Source: Tubiluchus corallicola
Taxonomy: Eukaryota; Animalia; Priapulida
Direction of reading: 5' to 3'
NCBI GenBank assembly: GCA_030141605.1
Contig: JAQGDQ010000031.1
Location: 496,001 to 560,000, forward strand
Length of the DNA: 64,000 nucleotides
How positions within the stretch are numbered: position 1 is the first letter of the stretch; the number at the start of each line of letters is the position of its first letter. Under the pieces are notes generated by a model. That model saw only the letters and a program-made list of their open reading frames with translations. It did no database searches and was not told the DNA's origin. The position numbers were made by a program, and so were the translations under genes. This document shows, piece after piece, positions 49,001 through 61,000 of the stretch.

Positions 49001-52000
49001 AAGATCATTTTTGATTTAATTTTATAACAATGCAAACAATATAGAAGAGCTTTAAGATATCAATTCAGTTAACTAAGAATTCCAAATTTAACATGCAAAT
49101 ATAGTGTTATTTAGCATAACTATCAAACAGATATTAAAAACAAAATTAACTTTTCGCTTCCAAAGTAACCTATAAAGTGGTGCATTTTGCTGTTATCATT
49201 GTTCTCGTTCTTCTTATTTATGTACCTGTTCTTCAACATGAGGTTGGCTCAATAACTCTGGAATGAAATCCAGACAGATGTGCATGCTTGGTATTCCAGC
49301 AACTGTCACTGGCAGCAATTCACTGCGGTAGCCCTATCAGTAAAAACCAACAGTAATTATCACTAATGATCTCCGTTAATATGCTCTTAATTCGTGGCTT
49401 TAACCATTTCCCAGTCACAAAATGCATGACAAAAAAATTTAATAAGCCTTTTCGCAGATTCGTTGTGAGCATAGCAATTGTGCAAAGCAAAGCCGTCTGC
49501 TGCATCAGTTCAGTAACTTCAAGTGTTTTACGAGCACTTTACGTAATTATGCATTAGTCTGTGCAAAGAGTGATTTGCTAGCAGAATCTTTACTGGGAAC
49601 AAGAAAAAATGAACTAGGTAAGGTTCTAGATAGCTGTTAAAACTGTTACAATTACAATAGCTTGGGCTGCGAAGTACACAAATGTGTTGTTTGGTACACT
49701 TAACCTTTGACCTTTTCATGATCATCATCAATCGCTGCAACTATTGCAAACTTCACCTAGTATTTTTTCAATACTGAAATGACAGACATGTTCTTCACAC
49801 CGTTTTAAATATCACACAAACCTGTATGCAACAAACTACGGAAAGCTCACATGTGATGTACAATATCACTAAAAGTTTACCTGAAAATGTACAAGTTTGG
49901 CAAGGTACGGATCTGTTATAAAACACTGATGCAGGTGTGAGCAAATGATGCATCTTACTTCTCGCAGGTCAGATAATAAGCCGGGCAACTAAAAAAAATA
50001 AATTTGAATCACTGAATTCTCACACAATTATGGACATATTGTGAACTAAACTGTTATCATTACATATCAATTTTAGGTTATAAAGGTTGTAATTGGGCGG
50101 TAATTATGAAAACTTAGTCAACTCACTAACAAAATGAAGAGAAATTGCAGCTTTCTGGGTAACAATGGTTGCCGTCAGTAAGATTGTAGCCAGTGAAACA
50201 AAAAATTACAGTTCTTCATACAAGTAGATGTCTACATGAGCTCACACATATCATACATATACTATTTCAAGGTAAAAAATTAAATTTCAAAAAATCTTAG
50301 CTCGCTGCAGCAAAATATAGACCACAGTATGTCAGTAACATATTGAAAACTAAAATTTCACAAAAAAATCACTTTATATAAAATTGTAGTTTTCCTTCAA
50401 ATGATTTTATCTTTATTGTAAAACTAATCTCTTCACTATTGTGTCTTAAGGTAAAATTACTTTCCCTATATAATTGCACCTGATCCTCTTTGGTAGGAAG
50501 ACAAATCTCTAAGAGAATCTGAGCTGCAGCACTTTCTTGTGCAGCGACTAGAGCGTTCTTCAACTCCTCTCTCTCTACATCACTGGACACTTGTCCATGT
50601 TTCTCTGTTAGAGGATTACACTGTATGTGCGTTGCAAGGTGAGCACGCGAGGCAGCAAGGTAACTTCTCAACAGACGTAGAATGATTTCCAATATTGGCG
50701 GACATCTGAAAGAAAACATTTTCGACTTACAAAACAACTGCAGTTCAGTGTAATTCAACACAAAGTTAATCTATCATTTGATACAACTGTTACTGCAATA
50801 TGTTAAATTTATTAAGTTACAATTGCTTTTGACAGTGTGTATAAATGTTTTGTATATATCTGCATATAACTGTGATAACAGCTGAATTTAAATAAAAAGG
50901 TTGGAGTTAGTTTTGCTCTTAGACACTCGATCGTGTGATTAAAAAACAAAAAAGTCAAGTGAAACCAATTTTAAAAACTTGGTTGAAAACCACAGAAACA
51001 AGAAATGCCTCTACATAACAAGGTGCAATTGCAAATAAAATTAATGTCCTTTTCCCATAAAAATTTTATTAATTGCTTTATCTGCAAAGTCATTTGGAAA
51101 TTTAACATTGTTCATACAATTGTACAAATGCATTTCATAATTTATGAAACACTCTGTGTAATTTTTTAAGAATTCATGTGAACTGACTTAAACGAATGAA
51201 ACTTGGTGAACACAGTACCTACCTAAACACGCGCTCGTCACACCGCAAAACAATCAGCGGATCTACGACGATATCATTTTGAGTGTAAGGTATGACTGGC
51301 TGTAATATATTTGTAGCTTTCAACCGCAGACTGTTGACAGTCAACACGCCTAACTTCAATGGAATGATCGTGTTCAATTTCACCCATACTGTCTGAAGAA
51401 GAGTTAGCATCTGCCGTGGCACCTCTTTACCGAGTAACGAGGGCATGCTTTCCACAAGGCATTCTGTGAATGGTAATAACTCATTAGGCGATTTAACAGT
51501 AAGCTGCTCCAAAAGAACTGTACATTTGCCCGGAGAAGAAGACGCGTCTAAAAAAGAATTTTTCAGCTCTTCAATGGTGAGCTGTAACTGAGGCATTAAG
51601 TGCTGAACAGCAAGGTGTGAACATTCCACATCTTCAACCATCCAGTCCTCAACCTAAGAAAACAAGTTAATTACAATCAGTTAACATTAAAACTATCACA
51701 TGAATAGCTTAGAAGTGATGTACTCGCTTTCTGTATCATTCGCAAAGACTTTCATTTCTCGAAATGCTTTCATCTAGGTTGACAGGCTAGCAATTACTAT
51801 ATATTACTACAGGGTTTTCCAAAAAAGCAGTTAACAAAAGCTATAGCTGATCTTTGTGTGGATGTAGTGGGTGCGAACTTTTCATAGCTCGTTGACTTCA
51901 AAAGAAATGCAATGACTGGAAGCCACAACATTGAAGGTTTAGTTAAACCAGTTTCTAATGTAGTGCAGATTTTCTCTTGCAACTACGTTTAACAGACCTG

Positions 52001-55000
52001 TGTTTTATGTTAAAATGTTGCTGAAATCAAATCTGCTTATAGTCGTGACACAATTTGTTTATACACTTGGAAGTAGTTATAGCCATTGCTTGCTGACTGT
52101 TAAGTCATTCCAAATCTCAGAAGATCCAATTGTGCATGTATTGTTTCTGCACTCTATTATGAATTTTTAATAGGTTTAATTTTAATTATCTTTTGCAGGT
52201 ACAAATATTCTTTATTAATTTTGATAGTAATCAGATATTGTTATTGGACTGTCAAGCATAATGATGATGGGTTATAACAGACAAATTTGTAGATGTCAAC
52301 TAAGCTTAATGTTCCAACTGCTCATAATTGATGATGTGGCAAAATTATAATTTTTTTCACAGAATAAAAAGTTTGTTATGGAAACGCATTTTACGTCTAC
52401 CGAGTGTGATCGTTACAACGGCACAATATTGATATACCTCATAACTTATAACTTATAAGCATACCAATATTGCTAAATACAACGTCCAATAGATCAGTTG
52501 AACTAAGTCATATGGTAGTGAAATTGAAAAAATAAAAAATTGAAACAAATGTAATACCATTTTTAGACCATCATGATGCTATAATGCAAAAGTTCAATTT
52601 GTTATGCACTCTTTCTTTTGTGCTGCACTCTTTCTTTTGGAAGGAACACTCTGTGTTATAGTGTAAATGCTAAATTATGAATGCATAATGCCATAATGCA
52701 TAATATGATAATCCAAAACACGCAATACAACATTTTACAATTTTGCTAAAGGCTAACTTTACTTTTGCAAGTTATTGCAGACAAACATTATTCATTATTG
52801 CAAGATCTCTCAGAGAGAACTTACGAGAGAAAACTCTCTCATGTAAATGAGCCGTAACACTACACTGTCAAATTGTCACACTATGAGGAGAGGGCCAAAG
52901 CACTTTCTTTTACTCATTATCAAATAAGATACGTGTTGAGCAAGTAGGCAGTGGTCTTGCTACACATGTTACTAGCAAGATCCCTGGTCACCTTGCAAGA
53001 AGCAACATTAGAAGGCTAATAGCATCACCTAGCAACCTAGTCTGGATGAAACAAACAATGCAGATTCACTTGTCCATCTAGCAACCTTAAATACTTGAAT
53101 ACTGCATAAGTATTACTTGCCTGACAAAGATGAGGAAAGTGCATGGTTAACAGTTTCAATAGAGGAGCGAACAGGCCGGCATAAAGTTGCTGCTCTTTCT
53201 GAGCCTCTTGGACTAAATAGCGCATGGGTAACTGTGCATACACCTCCGCAGAATATGGCTGCACCTTCCTATTGACAGACACCAGGTTCTTCATGTTTGC
53301 CAGTCGGACATCTTCAAAAAGCAGGAGGTAGTAGAGCATCAACAATTGTGACACCGTGCGGCTTCCAGACTGCTGAGCCGCATCAGTGGTTTCAAAGACG
53401 GATAAAACTTCACGCTCTGTGAGAGGCTCGTTCGTCAGTTTCTGGTCGCCTTTGACAGGAGGAACAATTACCGATGTTATAAATGACTGAATGAGTGGAG
53501 GCATCAGCGGATGTAGTGGAGTACTGCAGTTGCAAATTTGCCTGCAAATCCATTCCTACAAAAGCGAAGACAAAATGACTAAATAAAAGCAAAGACAAGT
53601 TGACTAAATGCTTTTACACAAGTCAAAGAACTCAAGATAAAGTTTAATTTTCATGGTCACTGCTGCACAGACAATTTAATGGTCGTCTCATTATTAAAAG
53701 ACTGTAAAGAATTCTGCATGTGGGTATTGCAATTTTCTTCAAACTCGTTGTCAGAAGAATTAATTAAGTAAGCTACTTACGTAAGTAACATAAATACGTT
53801 TTTAGGCTGACTGTTATTGTTGAACTTTTATTAAAGTTTTTAAAATTGTAATCAAGCCTGTATTTTACAACATAATATAAAGTTCTTACTAGTTAATTCA
53901 TCAGACTTCAAACACAAATTGTAGTCAAGTGAACCACCATTACCAAGAATGTGTTGTGAAAAAGTAGTGTTAAGCCTACATTTTCAAAAGTTTCACAAGC
54001 AAAATGGAACTAGATGTTTTAGTTCAAATGTAACCACGTGGCCTGGTTACTTAAAATGAATGCGATAAAGTGTAACAAAATTATCCAGGCTCAAACTTTA
54101 AGTTATGGAATAGAGACAGCAGTCTTATTTAAGCAAAACCAAACTGCAAAATGTTAAATTTCAGCTTTACTTACAATTTTCTTTAATTTATAGAATGCAA
54201 ACTGGCAATCTGAAACAGTTCAGTTGCTGTCATAGTAGTAGATTGACATTTGTGCTAAGTTTAAAATTCCCCACATACAAGAAATTAGTTTGTGAAGCCA
54301 ATTAGGAATTGAGTTAGGATTAAGATTAGCGTTAGGATTGGGGTTAGGGTTGCAGTTAGGATTGGGGTTTGGGTTTGGGTTAGGGTTAGGGCTAGTATTA
54401 GTGTTATATTTAAATTGTGTGGGGAATTGTAAACTCCTGATAGTTGGACCACGACTCATGTTTAACAAATATAATTTAAACTTGCAATTTTAAACGAACT
54501 TAAGAAATTGGCAACAGTCACAAAAGGTGCATAAATTAATAACTTAGGTAAAACAAAACAGGAAATGAGATGGAAGAAAAACTAAACAAAACTTCAATTC
54601 AATGAAAACCTCTCAAATGAATAACAAACCTTTATAGGCACTTTATGTTTGGTGAAAGATCTGCTCTTCAACAGCTGATGAGTACAATGAACAGGAAGGT
54701 ATCCCGTCATGGAAGCATTCAGATTTGGCGTGACGGGCACCTGGACAGCATGAGACGTTACCACTTGTCCTGTAAATATCTCTTGTGTGAACATCGCTCT
54801 GAGACGGGATAAAGTATTCACCCTCACTTGAATCTGCATACAAAGAAGCTGTATTGGCATTTTACAACCACATAAAACAGGTTTCAAAAGCTATATGATT
54901 CCATATGACAAAGTGGAAGTATACTACTTAAATGTTTCTACGCTTAAGTAACAGGACCCTAAAGGACCTAAACAGTAGGAAATTGAAATACAGTATAACA

Positions 55001-58000
55001 TCACTATAGCGAACCTGCCAGGGACCCAGAAACAAGTACTCTATAAATGAGGCACTCTATAAACAGATGTGCCTAATATTATGTCTATAACTACTAGACA
55101 GACAAGCACGTATTAATGATGTACAATGTGTGGCTTCATAGAGGACATAAAGTACTTTTAGAAGCTGCTATCAAGTATCAACTGTTTTGCAGTATTTTCA
55201 AATTCAATGAAAAGCAATTTATTTCAGTAAACTAAAATTTATTGAACGTTTCATATTAAATTGCGTTGTATACGTTCAGTTTTAAATTTATGTGACATAT
55301 GTTCAGTAAAGTCAAATCAATGAGATTCAAAATGGTCAGGCAGTTTAGTTTGCATAAAATTTCTATTTGTTTCTTGTGCAAAAAGTTTTTGCAGTAGTGT
55401 TCATCACTTGAAGAAACATCTCAGGAGTGTGCTGCCAGTTTACGTACATAAAACAGCTGGGTGCCAAGCCACAGAGTGAATTATTGTCTTTATACAGCTA
55501 GTAAATAAACTGACTTTTTGACACGACATGTTAACAAGTATGCATGATGCATGCCCAACAACTTTTTTGCACCACTAGGAATGAGGGTTAAATTTTAACT
55601 GTAAGATGAATTTGCAAATGACTGGCAAAGGTAAGTGCACAGTAAAAGCTTATAAATAACATAGTAATACAGGCAATGGGCCCAGCAAAATGTCCCCAAT
55701 ACACAATAACCGAGTGCACTGTATTTAAAGCTATTATATAAGTTAAAATAAATGACGAATGTTCGCTCTTTTTTGTAAGTTCACATTACATGTATGTACG
55801 CAATAAACCTTGTTCGCTATAATAGTGCTATACTGTGTTATACTACACTGCAAATTTTTTGCAGCCAATGTAAACACACCTTCATGCCCAAAGTAGAACA
55901 AACTAGGTCAATGATGGCACTTGTCTGGTTTCCATGGAAATGGATAGCCAACAAAAGAAGCAGTTCTCCGAAATTAGCTTCTGAGCCACTGACACTGAAA
56001 TAAAAAGGCAAAAATGAAATTATAATACTAGTGCTCACTTTGACTTGATTTTTTTATATCTTGCATCAAACACACCTAGCTATTTTTCACTAATATGGAA
56101 ATAAATGTAAGAAAACTTATTGGTCTTAAGCTACAGTAAGTTTCTTATTGAAAATTTCATCTTACCTTTCAAATTTTTTAGCATCTGTAAGAAACCACTT
56201 TATCCACTGTACTACCCTGCGGTCTTCATCAATATTGGTAATTAAAAACGGGCAAGCAATAAGCATGCAGAGCCCCAGCGAGAGAAATCTTACACCTGCG
56301 GCAGTTGCAACTGGTCGGCTTGTTATGAGTTGCACAAGTAGCCGTGTCTCTTCATCAGAAAACCTATTGTTCAAACAAATCTCATCAACACTTACAGCGA
56401 CTATAGGATATTTAAATTACTTAAAAAAACTTTACAATAATGTACCAGAAAAACTGTCTGACATTCCAGAAAAGATGTGCCATCGTTGCATTGACAAGAC
56501 TGGACTAGGGCTTAATTTAACTCCACAATTCCTACACGGTCCTTGCAGTTCCACACTGAAAGTCGATATCCCGCATTCAATAACACTCGGGCCTACTACA
56601 AATATTAAGTTGCTGTAACAGGATGGGTATCTAACGATGTTTCAACCCCGATTCGGAGATGATACATTGAACTGGCACAAAGTGTTTAACTACCTCCTCA
56701 ACAACAACAAAATTCTAGAGCATTATGGCAGACGAAACATTCTTGAACGACATTTCCACTGATTTCCCATATTTGTCTACCAAGTTCTGATTGTTTCTCT
56801 CCAATATTTTGTTCACTAATGTTACTGTAACTGCTCCATTGTCAAATGAATTGTGGGAGTAGTAGGTGCTTTTCCTTTTTAGTCAACATCCTAAATGCAG
56901 GAAGCTGATGCAGACACAAAGTAAGAACAGTATTTTATAGTCTTCAAATAAGAACTACTACAGCTACGTGATGGCCAACTAGCTCAAATCCTCTGGTACT
57001 TTATATCAAATACAAGATACAAGAGTAAACAAATAGTTACTCATTGCATTAAAACATCAGTTCTGAAAAAACAGTTGTAAACCAAAGGGTCCTAAGCCCT
57101 GTGCCTTGTCTAGTGGACCCATTCTTCGACTTGTGATTGAAAGGCCCTGGTTCAAATCTGATCTCAGCTTAGATTTTTTCACCTTTTTGTTTCAGTTAAG
57201 CTGACGTTGAAAGAATGAAAGAATTGGTTAACTTCACCATTAAGAGGCCATCATATCTTAATTACATGCATATATTACCATTTCAAAGCATACAGATTAA
57301 AATTACATGCAAAGGCAACATTTCGTGGTCTAACAGAAACATACTTGAGACCAGCTATGCCTCGAAGAGCAGAGTAAAGCCGAAGAAGACAGCTAGCTTG
57401 AATAACGTGGTGATGCGGTAGAAATCCATCAGCCAATGGAATAACATTTAGCAACTCCAGCGTCAACTCCTCGCGCAGTGAAAATAACAGCGAAGCTTCT
57501 TTTTTACGCTGAAACAAATCAATATCATTTATCACAGGGCTATAATACATTGCTTAAAATAATCGCAAGAAATGTGTCGTGCCAATAAAAAATTACTTAT
57601 CTAAAGTAAAAGATTACAAATCCTAATATTTATAGAAATAAATATGTTTTAGCTATAACACATGTTTAACAACGATCTACAAGTGATTTTGCATACCATA
57701 CAGTTCATTACTGTGCAACGCACCTGGCTTCAGATGCTGATCGGCTGGTTAGCGTTACTTGTTGCGAAGCAATCCCAATTCCACGGCTGTTAAACTTTTC
57801 TACAATGTTTTGCATGGCCGTAACAGTAAAATAAATAGACCTTCGTTACTGCACTTAGTGCTCAGCTTGGGCGGCAGTCAACTGCTTTACGTCCCTTGCA
57901 TGAAAAACATGAGTGCCTCCTTCCATCGTGAAAGGGTTAAATTAAGCAGCTGTTTTGCTATACTGCTTGTTTCATTAAAACAGAAACACTAATGTTATAT

Positions 58001-61000
58001 ACATACAGTACCTTTTGGGAGATTCGTATGTAATTAGCAAACCAAGTTCGTACATTGGCATCATTGCCTAACAACAAGCCAGTAACGAACGGAACGAGAT
58101 CACTAGATCCGACTCTTCCGTTATCTGACTCTTCATCCTCAGACATAGAAACAGAGGTTTTATAGTGGTCTAGCGTAAGTGCGACGGCCAAACCTGGTAG
58201 ATGGCAATGTTCCACCTGAAAAGAGGTAAAACCACATAAATTTCACTTTGCAAAAAGTTGTATTTATTGGTACATGTACGTCCTTAACTAATGACAATCA
58301 TATCACAGGAATTTCTGTAAGTTTCTGAAGTAAATGCTTTTAATGCAAAATTAAGACTGTAATGTTTTCAAAGATATTTTTAAAAATATAACAATTTCTC
58401 AAAATAAGCCATCCACCAATTTTAAAGATTTTCAACAATGCTCAAACAAATACGCCCATAATTTATTCACATATTTTCAATATATAATCATATGTCCTTA
58501 TGTTATTCAAAGCATCATCAACAGGACAGGGTCCATATTAGCTCTCTGCACAGCACACGGGTCGTATGAAAGTGACAACTGATCAGACTGACTGCAAAAT
58601 TTACTGTCAAAGCTCATATACACAGCACACGGGTTATCTGAAAGTGACAACTGATCAGACTGATTGCAAAATTTACTGTCAAAACTCGTATGCACAGCAC
58701 ACTGGTCATCTGAAAGTGGCAACTGATCAGACTAATTGCAGAACTTACTGTCAAAGCTCGTATGCACAGCGCACTGGTCGGATTCATCTGTCCAAGCATC
58801 CGGAGTGTTCTAGAACGAATCGCTCCACCATTTGACTCCTCGTCTTGCTTCTCACCATTAATTACCAGAGATTCACATACTATATTATGCAAGAAAAACT
58901 TTGATAATAATACAAAAAACCAATACAAAGTGTCTTTTCCTAAAGGCTCTTAAGCGATAAAGTCTGTGTTTCATGGAATACTAAAGCCTGAATTGCATAC
59001 TATCCAGTTTTTTAGGGGGGGGGGGGTAAGGAGAAGGAAAAGGATAGCACTACTCACAAATTTGTTTTACTTTCTGCCATTTTCGTCCTTCGCATGAATG
59101 TATTGACTTGTTTTAACCTGGGTCAAATATCACAGTACTCATGAACTTTTGCAATAGTAATAAAATCAAGAAAACTTACCTTCATTAAAACTTTCTGGAG
59201 CATTCGCAATCAGTCGGCATAGCAACCATGGACCACTTTTGAGGTGCAACAATGCTTCACTGACTTCAACCAATGGAAGTAAACCTGGCAATTCTAGACA
59301 AAAGTCGCAGTTGAAATCAACCTTAAGAAATCTAACATATTTTTTTTATAAAAGATTTGACAATTATTACCGGCTTACTAGTTAGTTAGTTAGTTAGCTA
59401 GTTTATCAACCAAAATAAAAGTTATATGTGCATCACATTCACAAATAGTGTAACTGACCTTTATGGTCCATATTACATAAACACATTATTACACAGCTAT
59501 TTAGAAGCACATGGAAGAAGATAATAAAAAATATAACACTTAAATTATGCACCTGTTAAATACCAAACACAATTAAAATTTCAAAACACAATTTAAACAT
59601 ATTAAACCTATGTTTACATGAAAAGAATTTGTTAAAATTATTGTAATCTATATTAGGATATTGCCTCGTAATATGATCTGGCACGGCAATAAAATTAAAC
59701 ATGAATATAAGTCATTTATTTTTTTTAAGTCATAAATCATTTATTTCAAGTTTTCGTCACTCTAAGGAAATCACAGCAATATTCAATAAACACGAAATAC
59801 GAGCAAGAATTACTAATTTTAAAAGTCAATGACCTACATTGTGCAATCTCATGATAATAACTCTAAGAATGATAGTTTACCAGCTTGTGTGATGCACAGC
59901 ACATCAGAGATATCTTCTAAATAAACTTTGCTATCGAACAACTCTGACTGCTTTACAAAAAAGTCTGTGTGGTGTTCTTTCATCTGAAATAAGGGACATT
60001 AGTATTTATTGACAGTCACACAAAAGGCAAATAACTGACTGTGTTGAACAAAAACAGCAAAAACAAAGTGTATCAAATTGGCATGAAAAAAAGTTGCCCT
60101 ATACCCAGCTTTACTTTTGAAATATAATAAGAAATCTGTTAAAAATCCATTAAATTCACTCCAAAAATTAATTGCATTTTCAACCAAACTAAAAAATGTT
60201 GCCTGGATAAATTCTTGTAGAGTGCAATATTTGCAGTACAGCATTTACGAAAAAGTATTAAGGAAGAGCACACGTATACAATTGGCGTGCAATTTCATAT
60301 ATCTAAAATTTTATGCAGTGTCCATGAATGTCATTTTTTCGTAAACATATCAATTTACATAAGAAAGCTATTATACCTGTGCCATGACTAATAGAAGTTC
60401 ACTTAACAGAAGTCGCATTCTTCGAGGCATCGCACTTCGTTCAAATTCTAAGCCTATACCATGCTGCAGGGAATTTGCTAGTATACTTTCTGATTTATCT
60501 GAGCCAATTTTCTGCCTGAAAGAAAATGTCACTTAATAGAATATATAGTAAAGATACTGCAATGAGTGATCACAGCTTAATAATATAAGTATATAGGTTA
60601 CAGTAATTACTCAACTAACAACATTTCGTTTAATAACGATATGTTTTATTAACAGTGAATTTTTTTCCTAGTAGATTCTGATTTACATTCATGTAAATGT
60701 TTCATTTTAATTACCAGGTACAAATATTCAAAGTTTTTCAAAATCTCAAAATATTCTTTTGCCACGTTATAGCTAATAAAAAAATCCACTGCACTTGCAT
60801 TCTTGCTCCCTGGTACAGTAAGTTCTCAGAAGCTAAAACACTGACAGTGACACAAACATGTTAGTATCAGTGGGTACTAGTTAGTATTTTCACTCAATAT
60901 CATCGATAATATTCATTATAATAAGTTTCCTTTCTTTAGTTCTTTCTTTATATTTGTACGGAACCAGAACAAGTAGAGTAGTATTGTTTGCTTCACAGTC

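Noticed and set aside
54302-54395. True telomere or fusion site
   Set aside because: Short, degenerate, single orientation and intronic.
56148-56618. 156-aa plus-strand ORF as a gene
   Set aside because: The first half is antisense to INTS2 exon 8; no recognisable domain.
58547-58779. CRISPR-like arrays (also 22193-22445)
   Set aside because: Head-to-tail repeats without unique spacers, in eukaryotic DNA with no cas genes.
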